64,000 nt of DNA from Kiritimatiellia bacterium (GTDB taxonomy: Bacteria > Verrucomicrobiota > Kiritimatiellia > JAAZAB01). The position numbers and the translations under genes were made by a program. The notes beneath the pieces were generated by a model, which had not been told where the DNA came from, did no database searches, and saw only the letters and a program-made list of their open reading frames with translations. Below, piece after piece: positions 9,724 to 18,604 of the stretch. Numbering within the stretch: the first letter of the stretch is position 1; each line of letters opens with the position of its first letter. Where the stretch lies: assembly GCA_040767085.1 (NCBI GenBank), contig JAXGPF010000010.1, positions 160,001 to 224,000 on the forward strand. Direction: 5' to 3'.

Positions 9724-9779
9724 GAGCATGCAAACTGGAATGATGCGGCAGTCATTGCGGATTTAAAGAGGAGGCGGGT

Positions 9780-10112
9780 ATGGACATTTCGCCGGAACTG
9801 GTCAAGGGCACGGTCGTGCCGATTATCCTCAAGTTACTCAGCGAACGGGCAATGTATGGTTACGAGATCATCCAGGTGGTCAACGAACGCACCGGCAACC
9901 TGTTCGCCTGGAAAGAGGGCACGCTTTATCCCTGGCTGCATCGCCTGGAAAATGAAGGCCTGATCGGCGCTGAGTGGCGCGAGTCGGAAGCCGGCCGGCC
10001 CCGTAAATATTATGCCATCCGCCGCCGCGGACTGGCCGCGCTCCGCGAACAATGCGCGGAATGGTCGGCCTTCTCCGCCGCAGTTAATACGCTCTTGTGC
10101 CGGGAGGCGTAA
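9780..10112 (+). CDS. PadR family transcriptional regulator
   Basis: MYGYEI, KEGTLYP.LHRLE and GRPRKYY motifs. Confidence 0.93.
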   Translation: MDISPELVKGTVVPIILKLLSERAMYGYEIIQVVNERTGNLFAWKEGTLYPWLHRLENEGLIGAEWRESEAGRPRKYYAIRRRGLAALREQCAEWSAFSAAVNTLLCREA

Positions 10113-10119
10113 GTTCGGC

Positions 10120-10320
10120 GTAAGTTTTAAGGTTTTCCGTTTTAAGGTTTTACGCCTGAACTCGGATCCTTTGCCCCTTTGCCCCTCTGATGATTATCCA
10201 CAAAAGAATAAAAGGAACGCGAAAGAGCCAGATCCTCTCCCTTTGTGCCTTTGATCCTTTGCCCCTTTTCTGATTAACCACAAGGACACGAAGGGAAGGA
10301 ATTCACCACCAAAGAACACA
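10120..10320 (+). repeat. Composite intergenic repeat element, copy A
   Basis: GTTTTAAGGTT x2, 8-mer CCTYTGMY runs and AACCACAAGGACACGAAG; homologous to 53827-54065. Confidence 0.8.
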
Positions 10321-10429
10321 CCCGGCGGCATTTTTAGGCTTCCACTGGCATGCGGTTTGCGGTAATATTATTGGTCAGCAGGAAATGCGGCGCGTCTTGG
10401 CCGGAGGTTAACAGCAACAGGAGGATGCC

Positions 10430-11611
10430 ATGCAATTGATAGAAATAAAGGATGGAGTGTTTTATGCCGGCTCGGCGGATTGGGACCGGCGCTTGTTCGA
10501 TTCCCTGATTCCCCTGCCGGACGGCACCAGCTACAATGCCTACCTGGTGCGCGGGCAGTCGCGCACGGCGCTGATTGACGCAGTGGATCCGGCCAAGTGG
10601 GAAGAACTGCAGGCGCGCCTGGCGGATGTGCCGCAAGTTGATTTCGTGGTCGTCAACCATGTCGAGCAGGATCATTCCGGCTCCCTGCCGATGGTGCTGG
10701 CCAGGTACCCGGCCGCCACGGTCTTGACTTCCGCCAAGGCCCGCGGCATGCTGGTGGACCACCTGGACGTGCCGGAAGCGCGCATCCGGGTGATGGCGGA
10801 CGGCGAAAGCGTGGACCTCGGGGGCAAGACGCTGCAGTTTTTCGCCATGCCCTGGGTGCATTGGCCGGAAACCATTGTGACCTGGCTGCCGGAGGACCGC
10901 ATGCTGTTCAGTTGCGATTTGTTCGGCTCCCATTTGGCCACGACGGATCTTTACGTCCGGGACGAGGGCCAGGTTTACGAGGCGGCGCAGCGTTATTACG
11001 CGGAAATCATGATGCCGTTCCGCACGGTGATCAAAGGGCACCTCGACAAGCTGGACAAGTTGGACATCGCCGTCATCGCGCCCAGCCATGGCCCGCTTTA
11101 CCAGCGTCCGCGGTTCATCATGGACGCCTATCGCGACTGGGTGACCGGCATGCCGCACAACTCCGTGGTGCTGCCTTTCATTTCCATGCACGGCAGCACC
11201 GCCCGCATGGCGGAGCGGCTGACCGAGTCGCTCCGCGGGCAGGGCGTGCGGGTGCAGCCGTTCAACCTGGCCGTGACGGATATCGGCAAGCTGGCGATCG
11301 CCCTGGTCAACGCCGGGACGATCGTGGTGGGGACGCCGACGGTGCACCTGGGTGCCCATCCGGCGGCGTATTACGCCGCGCGCCTGGCGGTGGCGCTCAA
11401 GCCTAAAATGCGGTTTGCCAGCCTGATCGGTTCCTATGGATGGAACAGCCGGGCGGCGGAGCAGATCGTTGAACTTTGCCAGGGCCTGAAACTGGAATTG
11501 CTGGAGCCTGTAATCTGCCGCGGCCTGCCGCGCGCGGCCGATTACGCCGCGCTGGATAAGCTGGCCGCCGCCATTGCCGACCGGCACCGCCGCGAAAAGT
11601 TCACCGCGTGA
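10430..11611 (+). CDS. fprA: FprA-family flavodiiron protein (O2/NO reductase)
   Basis: GTSYNAYL, NHVEQDHSG, HWPE, FSCDLFG and PSHG motifs; flavodoxin C-domain. Confidence 0.92.
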   Translation: MQLIEIKDGVFYAGSADWDRRLFDSLIPLPDGTSYNAYLVRGQSRTALIDAVDPAKWEELQARLADVPQVDFVVVNHVEQDHSGSLPMVLARYPAATVLTSAKARGMLVDHLDVPEARIRVMADGESVDLGGKTLQFFAMPWVHWPETIVTWLPEDRMLFSCDLFGSHLATTDLYVRDEGQVYEAAQRYYAEIMMPFRTVIKGHLDKLDKLDIAVIAPSHGPLYQRPRFIMDAYRDWVTGMPHNSVVLPFISMHGSTARMAERLTESLRGQGVRVQPFNLAVTDIGKLAIALVNAGTIVVGTPTVHLGAHPAAYYAARLAVALKPKMRFASLIGSYGWNSRAAEQIVELCQGLKLELLEPVICRGLPRAADYAALDKLAAAIADRHRREKFTA

Positions 11612-11641
11612 CCGGCGCCGGAGCGGATGCTCCGGCGTGGT

Positions 11642-13591
11642 CTATTTCACCAGGGCGCCGTCGGGCAGCTCGCCGTCCACCGTGACCAGGCGGAGTTGCC
11701 CGCCATGCGAAGCGGCCAGCAGCATGCCCTGCGATTCGACTCCGCGGATGCGCGCCGGTTTCAGATTGGCGACGATCACGATGGTTTTGCCGGGCAGGGT
11801 CTCCGGCTGGTAATGCTCGGCAATGCCGGCCACCAGTTGCCGGGGCGCGCCGCCGACTTGAATCTGCAGGCGCAGGAGGCGGTCCGCGCCGGGCACGCGT
11901 TCAGCGGCCAGGATGCGCGCGGTGCGCAGTTCCAGCTTGGCGAAGTCGGCGTATTCCGCCAGGGCGACATTTTCCGCCGGCTGGGCGGCGGCGGGCTGCG
12001 CCGTGGCGGGCGGCGGGGCGGTCAATTCCGCCGCCGGCGGTTGGGGCGCGGCGGCGTTGATGCGGGGAAAGAGAATGGGCGTTTCCGGCAGGAGGCTGCC
12101 GGGCGGAAGTTTGCCCCAGGCGCTCAAATCTTCCAGGACGGGCGGGGCGGAGGCGTCCAGGCCCAACGCGCCGCGCAGGGCGGCGGTCTTGCCCGGCATC
12201 ACGGGCGCGAGCAGGCCGGCGGCAATGCGCAGAATTTCCGCGGCGTGATACAGCGTCGTGTGCAGGGCGTCCTGTTTATTTTGTTTCGCCAGCGTCCAGG
12301 GTTGGCGTTTTTCCAGGTAACGGTTGGCTTCCCGCACCATGCCGGTGACCTCCGCAAGCGCCAAATCCAGGCGCATGGCGTCCAGGTGCTCGAACAGCCG
12401 GCGCGCGGTTTTTCCCGCGCTGGCACGCAGCCCGGCTTCTTCCGGCCCGTCCGCGCCGGCCGCCGGCGCCGGAATCTTCCGGCCGCAGTGGCTGTTGATC
12501 AGCTTGGCCGTGCGGCTCAGCAGGTTGCCCAGGTCGTTCGCCAGGTCGGCGTTATAACGGCGGATGAAGGCCTCTTCGGTGAAATTGCAATCCTGACCCA
12601 GGGTCATTTCGGCCATCAGGAAGTAGCGGAATGGATCGGCGCCGTATTTTTCGATCATTGCCATGGGATTGACCACGTTGCCGGCGGATTTGCTCATCTT
12701 GGAATTGTCGGTCAGCCACCAGCCGTGCGCGAAAATGGTTTGCGGCTGCGGCAAGCCCATGGCCTGGAGCATGGTCGGCCAGTAAACGGTATGGGTGATC
12801 AGAATATCCTTGCCGATCAAGTGGCAGGATGCCGGCCACCATTGGCGGAAGGCCTGCTCGTCGGCCAGGTAGCCGATGGCGCTGATGTAATTGATCAGGG
12901 CGTCGAACCAGACGTAGGTCACGTAGTCCTGGTCAAACGGCAGTTCAATGCCCCAGCTCAGACGTGTTTTCGGGCGGGAAATGCAAAGGTCATTCAGCGG
13001 TTTCTGCAGGAATCCCAGGGTTTCGTTGCGGCGGAATTCCGGTTGGATGAAGGCGGGATTCTGATGGATATAATCCAGCAGCCAGGCCTGGTAGGAACTC
13101 ATGCGGAAGAAATAATTGCTCTCGGATATGCGTTCCAGTTCGCGCCCGCATTCGGCGCACTTGGCCGCGCCCTGGTCGCTGTCGGTATAAAAACGCTCGC
13201 AGGGCACGCAATACCAGCCTTCGTAGCGGGCCTTGTAAATCTGGCCGCGCGCGTGCAAATCGGCCAGAATCCGCTGCACTACGCGCGTATGGCGCTGTTC
13301 CGTGGTGCGGATGAAGTCGTCATGGCGGATGTCCAGCCTGCGCCAGAGTTCCTGAAAGCGCACCACGGTCCGGTCGGCCTGTTCCTGGGGGGTGATGCCG
13401 GCTTTAGCGGCGGCGCGCTGAACTTTCTGGCCATGCTCGTCCGTGCCGGTCAGGAAGCGGGTAGGGCGGCCGCGAAGCCGCTGGAAGCGCGCCAGCGTAT
13501 CGGCCAGGATGGTCGTGTAGGCATGGCCGATGTGCGGCAGGTCGTTCACATAATAGATCGGCGTGGTAATGTAAAAATGACGATCGGGCAT
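11642..13591 (-). CDS. metG: Methionyl-tRNA synthetase with C-terminal tRNA-binding domain
   Basis: YITTPIYYVN..HIGH, KMSKS and GVESQGMLL motifs. Confidence 0.97.
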   Translation of the reverse strand: MPDRHFYITTPIYYVNDLPHIGHAYTTILADTLARFQRLRGRPTRFLTGTDEHGQKVQRAAAKAGITPQEQADRTVVRFQELWRRLDIRHDDFIRTTEQRHTRVVQRILADLHARGQIYKARYEGWYCVPCERFYTDSDQGAAKCAECGRELERISESNYFFRMSSYQAWLLDYIHQNPAFIQPEFRRNETLGFLQKPLNDLCISRPKTRLSWGIELPFDQDYVTYVWFDALINYISAIGYLADEQAFRQWWPASCHLIGKDILITHTVYWPTMLQAMGLPQPQTIFAHGWWLTDNSKMSKSAGNVVNPMAMIEKYGADPFRYFLMAEMTLGQDCNFTEEAFIRRYNADLANDLGNLLSRTAKLINSHCGRKIPAPAAGADGPEEAGLRASAGKTARRLFEHLDAMRLDLALAEVTGMVREANRYLEKRQPWTLAKQNKQDALHTTLYHAAEILRIAAGLLAPVMPGKTAALRGALGLDASAPPVLEDLSAWGKLPPGSLLPETPILFPRINAAAPQPPAAELTAPPPATAQPAAAQPAENVALAEYADFAKLELRTARILAAERVPGADRLLRLQIQVGGAPRQLVAGIAEHYQPETLPGKTIVIVANLKPARIRGVESQGMLLAASHGGQLRLVTVDGELPDGALVK

Positions 13592-13802
13592 CTGACCCCT
13601 CCCCGTGATTGACGCCGGCCCCGCGAGAGCCGGGCGGCGGAACACCTCTCAACCCCGTTAAAGTAAGCCAATACCGTGCAAATGCCAAGCAAAAACAATT
13701 TGACGCCGGGCGGAAGTCCGGCTAGATTATGTCTTTGCTTTTTCTTTGTTTTTTCTTTGCTTTTTCTGTCAGTCGGAAATAACGCCCGGGAGAATTTATA
13801 AC

Positions 13803-15560
13803 ATGATGTTCATATCAAAGTTCAACGCCCTGATCCGCAATCGCCTGGTCTGGGGCGCTTTCGCCGTGCTGGTGGTTATCTCATTTGTTGGATGGGGGAC
13901 GCAGAGCGTGGGGCAGCATGAGGAAACCCAGAAAATCGGCAAGTTGGAGGATGGCGCCGTGCGGGCGGAAGATTTTCAGGCCGCCTGGTTTAACGCGTAC
14001 CTGGCCACTTCGTTGATGTTTGGCCGGCCCATGACGGTTAATCCCCGGACCGACCAGGCTTTGAAAAAACTGGCCTGGCGGCGTCTGGCGGCGGCGCGCC
14101 AGGCCCGCGCGGCGGGTTGGAAAGTGGCGGACGGCGAAGTCGCGGCATTGATCCAGCAGCAGCCTCAGTTCCAGGATGCCGGCCGGTTCGATCCCTCCCG
14201 TTACCAGGCTTTCCTGCAGAATTTCCTGGGCGGCATGTCCTTGACGCCTGTGCAATTCGAAGCCTACCTGAAAAATGAAATCCTGCTGAACAAGGCGCGG
14301 CAGATGCTGACACCGCTGGCCTGGATTCCGCCGGCGGAAGTGGAGCAGGTCTACCACCAGTTGTACGACGAAATCACGGTGAGTTACGCCATCCTGAGCC
14401 AATCCAACCTGAATTACGCCGTGGATGTCACCGAGGCGGAAGCGCGCGGGTATTTCGATGGGCACCGGGAAGAATTCCGGATTCCGGAAAAGGTGCGCGT
14501 CAAGTATGCCGTCATACCCATGGCGCCGGCGGCGGATCTGGACTTGGATGAAGAGACCTTGAAGTCGTATTATGACGAGCATATCGAGGATTTCACCGTC
14601 CGCGACACCAATGACTGGCAGAATGCCGAGCCGTTTGAAAACGTGCGCGAACAAATCCGGCGGACGCTGGTGCGCCAGCGTGCCGAGGATGCGGCGGCGG
14701 AGCGGGCCGCGGAATTTGAGGTGGCCCTTGCCCCCGACCGCCAGGGCCGGGCCCTGGATTTTGACGCGGCGGCGGAGAAGGCCGGGCTGGAAGTGCGCAC
14801 GACGGACTATTTCGCCGAGGACGAACTGCTGCCGGAGCCGCCGGCCGGCCTGGAATTCAACCGCGCGGCCTTCGAATTGCGGAAAACGCCGGAGGATTAC
14901 TTCAGCCGGCCGGTGCCGGGTGCGGATGCCTTTTATCTCCTGGCCCTGGATGACCGCCGCGACGCGCGGCTGCCGGAATTCGACGAAGTGCGCTCGGCCG
15001 TGATGGAAGCGGCGCGCGCGCAGGCCATGGAGGACGAATTGCACCGCCTGGCCGCGGCCATCCTGGAGGCGGCGCAAACCGCCCGCGCAGCCGGCCGGCC
15101 GTTGGCGCCGGTTTTCGCCGGGTATGGCGTGGAATTGACCGTCACCGATCCGTTTGCCTTGCAGACCGGGCTCGAGGGCGTGATCGAGGATACAGGCGAA
15201 GATTTTCAAGTGGTGTTGCGCGAAACGCTGAAATGCAATCCGGGCGAACTGACCGGCCTGGTAGACATCCCCGGCGGTTATGCCATCGGCTGCCTGGAAG
15301 AACGACAGCCGGCTAATCCGGCCTTGCTGGCTTCCATCCGCTCGGAATTGACCGGTTACATCCGCAAGCGGCGGGATGAATTGGTGTTTAACGAATGGCA
15401 GAACTACCTGGTGGCCAAGGCGGAAATCCATAACCTGAAGTCCGACGCCGAAATGGCGGAACTGGATCAGGAAGACCGGGAACCGGACGAAGAAGAAGCC
15501 GCGGATGAAGCGCCGGCCGGCGAAGCCGCGGCCCGGCCGGATGACGCCGGCGCCCGATAA
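13803..15560 (+). CDS. PpiD/SurA N-terminal-domain periplasmic chaperone
   Basis: N-terminal TM segment, PQFQDAGRFD..Y and EFRIPEKVRVKY motifs; upstream TTGACG-17-TAGATT promoter. Confidence 0.8.
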   Translation: MMFISKFNALIRNRLVWGAFAVLVVISFVGWGTQSVGQHEETQKIGKLEDGAVRAEDFQAAWFNAYLATSLMFGRPMTVNPRTDQALKKLAWRRLAAARQARAAGWKVADGEVAALIQQQPQFQDAGRFDPSRYQAFLQNFLGGMSLTPVQFEAYLKNEILLNKARQMLTPLAWIPPAEVEQVYHQLYDEITVSYAILSQSNLNYAVDVTEAEARGYFDGHREEFRIPEKVRVKYAVIPMAPAADLDLDEETLKSYYDEHIEDFTVRDTNDWQNAEPFENVREQIRRTLVRQRAEDAAAERAAEFEVALAPDRQGRALDFDAAAEKAGLEVRTTDYFAEDELLPEPPAGLEFNRAAFELRKTPEDYFSRPVPGADAFYLLALDDRRDARLPEFDEVRSAVMEAARAQAMEDELHRLAAAILEAAQTARAAGRPLAPVFAGYGVELTVTDPFALQTGLEGVIEDTGEDFQVVLRETLKCNPGELTGLVDIPGGYAIGCLEERQPANPALLASIRSELTGYIRKRRDELVFNEWQNYLVAKAEIHNLKSDAEMAELDQEDREPDEEEAADEAPAGEAAARPDDAGAR

Positions 15561-15599
15561 AATCCGCCTGTTCGCCGCCACAACCCGCCGCCGGCCGTC

Positions 15600-16319
15600 T
15601 CAGAGCGACCGCCGCGCCCGCCGGGCGCGCTGCCGCCGGTAACGGTAGATCATCGCGATGAAACGCAGCGTGTCGCGCATGGGATTGATTTTGCTTTTTT
15701 CGTCCCGGTAAATCACGGCGATGGGGACGGCGTCAATCCGGATGCCGCGGGCGGCCACATGCAGGAGGATTTCCGATTCGGCGGCATAACGCGTGGATTC
15801 CGTTGAAATAAACGGGATTTCGTCGCACCGGTAGAGACGGAAGCCGCATTGCGTGTCCGGCACATATTGGCGCATTTCCCGGCTGAGCAGCCAGCTCATG
15901 AAGCGATTGGTCAGTTTGCGCACCAGGGGCATATTGCCGGTGGCGCCCATCCGGTTGCCGATCAGGACCGGAATGCCGGTCCGCTGGTAGGCTTCGATAA
16001 AGTCCGGCAGATCGTCCGGGTCATGCTGTCCGTCGGCATCCATGGTGATCAGGTAATCGAATCGGTGCTCCCGCGCATACTTGAACCCGGTGTTCAGCGC
16101 CGCGCCCTTGCCCTGGTTGCTTTCGTGGCGGATCACCGTGGCGCCGGCCGCCGCGGCTTCCGCGGCGGTGCGGTCGGCGGAACCGTCGTCCACGACGACA
16201 GTATCGGCGACATGCCGCCGGATGCGGCGCACCACCTCGCCGATGCGCCGTTCTTCCATGTAGGCCGGCACCACCACGCAGCAACGCTGCCGCCCGCGGG
16301 GATTGTCTTGCGTGGTCAT
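15600..16319 (-). CDS. Glycosyltransferase family 2 (DPM synthase-like)
   Basis: VVPAY.EE, VDDGSAD, NQGKG, DADGQH and DTQCGFR motifs. Confidence 0.92.
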   Translation of the reverse strand: MTTQDNPRGRQRCCVVVPAYMEERRIGEVVRRIRRHVADTVVVDDGSADRTAAEAAAAGATVIRHESNQGKGAALNTGFKYAREHRFDYLITMDADGQHDPDDLPDFIEAYQRTGIPVLIGNRMGATGNMPLVRKLTNRFMSWLLSREMRQYVPDTQCGFRLYRCDEIPFISTESTRYAAESEILLHVAARGIRIDAVPIAVIYRDEKSKINPMRDTLRFIAMIYRYRRQRARRARRSL

Positions 16320-17182
16320 CCTTTTTCCTTTCGCCAAAAATCTTCAAACATGAACCATTGCAGCGGATTCTGCCTGATTTCCTCCTGCAGGATATCACGG
16401 ATGCGCTGCCGGAGTTCGTCCAGGGATTGACAGTCGGCCGGCATCAGGGGTGAATAGCAGCGCATCAGGAACCGGTCGTCCGGCTTGCGGGAAATGAAGA
16501 TGGGCAGCACCGGGGCGCCGATGTGCATCGCCAGGCGCGCCGGCCCGCTGGGCAGGCGCGCCGGCGCGCCGAAGAATTCGATGGGCTCGTGGTGGGGGCT
16601 GAAATCGCGGTCGGCCAGCATGGCGGCCAGGCCCTGGTTTTTCAACACCTGGATGACGCTCCGGGCCGCCCGGCCCAGGGCGATGCCATGGATGCCGCGC
16701 CCGGCGCGATGCTGCTGGAACAGCCGGTTGACGCTGTGGGCGCGTTCCGGCTGAAAGACGGCGGAAAGCCGGTAGCCGAGGGCGGTCATGATGGCGCCGC
16801 CCAGTTCCCAGTTGCCGAAATGCGCGGTGACGATGATCACGCCTTTGCCGTGGGCGCGGGCTTGGGCCAGGTAATCGAAATTTTCCATGTCCACCAGCCG
16901 GCGGACATCTTCCGGGCGCATTCGAGCGAACCGGAAAAAATCAACCAGGTACTTGCCGAAGTGTTCGAAATTCATGCGCGCCATGCGCGCCAGTTGTTTC
17001 GGCGGAACGGACTGGCCCTGGTGCCGCATGATCTGACGCAGGTTGCGCCGGACTGCCCGGCGTCCTTTGCGATCGCACAAGCAAAAACAATCCGCAATGC
17101 GCATGCCCAGCCAATAGGCGAAAGGATGCGGCAGTTTCTGGCTGATGATTTGCGCCAAACGGTAGGGAATGTATAAATTCAT
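16316..17182 (-). CDS. Lysophospholipid/lipid A-type acyltransferase
   Basis: TAHFGNWE, LADRD, FFGAPA and NPLQWF motifs. Confidence 0.88.
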   Translation of the reverse strand: MNLYIPYRLAQIISQKLPHPFAYWLGMRIADCFCLCDRKGRRAVRRNLRQIMRHQGQSVPPKQLARMARMNFEHFGKYLVDFFRFARMRPEDVRRLVDMENFDYLAQARAHGKGVIIVTAHFGNWELGGAIMTALGYRLSAVFQPERAHSVNRLFQQHRAGRGIHGIALGRAARSVIQVLKNQGLAAMLADRDFSPHHEPIEFFGAPARLPSGPARLAMHIGAPVLPIFISRKPDDRFLMRCYSPLMPADCQSLDELRQRIRDILQEEIRQNPLQWFMFEDFWRKEKG

Positions 17183-17255
17183 TGGTCCGGTTGCCTGGCC
17201 GGCTGACGCTGCCATCCTTTTACGCCATAAACACGCCGCATGATAGCGGAATCGG

Positions 17256-18164
17256 TCAAGGCTGGCAAGCTTCGCCGCCGCAAGTTGCGCCGGCCAGGCG
17301 GTCCGCCTGGTAGGATGACCGCACCAGCGGCCCGGCGGCCACCCCGGCGAAGCCCAACTGCAGCGCGAACTGGCGGTAGTTTTCAAACTCAGCGGGAGTG
17401 ACGTAACGCGCTACCGGGAAATGCCGCCGGGAAGGCGCCAGGTACTGGCCCAGGGTGAGCGCCCGGCAGCCGTTATCCAGCAAATCCCGGAGGGCTTGCC
17501 GCAATTCGGCATCATTTTCACCCAGGCCCAGCATCAGCCCGGATTTGACCAGCGTCCGCGGCCGGAGCCGGGCGGCGCTGCGCAGCACTTGCAGCGAGCG
17601 GTCATAATCCGCCTGCGGCCGGATCAACGGCTGCAGACGCCGGACCGTTTCCAGGTTGTGATTGAACACTTCCGGCGCCGCCGCCAGCACGGCGGCTATG
17701 GAAGATTCCTGGCCCTGGAAATCCGGCGTCAAGACTTCCACGCGCACGGGAATGGCATGCAGGGCGCGGATGACGGCCGCGAAAATTGCGGCGCCGCCGT
17801 CCGGCAGGTCGTCGCGGGTAACGCTGGTCACCACCACGTAACGCAGTCCCAACCTGACGGCCAGTTGCGCCACCCGCGCCGGCTCATCCGCCGCCGGCGG
17901 GACGGGCGCGCCGTGTTTTACCGCGCAAAACCGGCAGCGGCGGGTGCAAGTATCGCCAAGGATCATGACCGTGGCGGTGCCGCGGTTGAAACATTCCTGG
18001 CGATTCGGGCAGCGGGCGCTTTCACAGACGGTCGGCAGCCCCGCCGCCCGCAGGGCGTCATGGACGACGCGGTAATGCTGTTCCGCGGCGGGCAATCGCA
18101 CGCGAATCCAGGGCGGCAGACGATGGGACGGTTCAGCGGACATGGTTGGCCATAATTCCGACAT
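17256..18164 (-). CDS. lipA: Lipoyl synthase
   Basis: CESARCPNRQEC, CTRRCRFC and RSSY motifs; start uncertain (18164 or 18143). Confidence 0.95.
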   Translation of the reverse strand: MSELWPTMSAEPSHRLPPWIRVRLPAAEQHYRVVHDALRAAGLPTVCESARCPNRQECFNRGTATVMILGDTCTRRCRFCAVKHGAPVPPAADEPARVAQLAVRLGLRYVVVTSVTRDDLPDGGAAIFAAVIRALHAIPVRVEVLTPDFQGQESSIAAVLAAAPEVFNHNLETVRRLQPLIRPQADYDRSLQVLRSAARLRPRTLVKSGLMLGLGENDAELRQALRDLLDNGCRALTLGQYLAPSRRHFPVARYVTPAEFENYRQFALQLGFAGVAAGPLVRSSYQADRLAGATCGGEACQP

Positions 18165-18532
18165 TAAATTTGTTCTCCCGGCGCCGGCCGGCAACTCTGC
18201 TCGTCCGACGCTTCAATCCGGCGCGCCTGGCATAGTTTTTCAAAACCATTGAAATTCCAGCGGGCTGGAAAATCCCGGCATTGCAGCGGCTTGACGGCAT
18301 GCACCCGGCAAAGGTTTTTTTCCAGAAAAATACAGGCGCCATCCGATTGCTCCGTCAAAATCAATCCCAGGCGGTCGGGCGCGAGGGTGGTGAAGCGGGC
18401 GATGAATTCGGCCGGAGGCATGCCCAAGTGGCCGGCCAGCGGAGCGATTTCCTCCGGCCGCAGGCGCACGACGCCCGGCCAGCGGCAGCAGGCGCCGCAT
18501 TGCCGGCATAAATATTGAATGGACACATTCAT
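18164..18532 (-). CDS. YkgJ-family CxxCxxCC cysteine-cluster protein
   Basis: CRQCGACC...CIFL..CRVH..KP.QCRDFP. Confidence 0.88.
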   Translation of the reverse strand: MNVSIQYLCRQCGACCRWPGVVRLRPEEIAPLAGHLGMPPAEFIARFTTLAPDRLGLILTEQSDGACIFLEKNLCRVHAVKPLQCRDFPARWNFNGFEKLCQARRIEASDEQSCRPAPGEQI

Positions 18533-18604
18533 TGCCATGCCCGTCATCATGGCAAAATCTTTTGCGAATTGCAATCCCCCGGCACTTGAATTAGTTTATA
18601 CGGC

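Noticed and set aside
11627-13612. Long antisense ORFs (also 13881-15581, 30118-31710, 31789-33339, 45747-47198, 48009-49673)
   Set aside because: These are shadow frames opposite well-supported genes, expected in high-GC DNA, and show no recognisable motifs.
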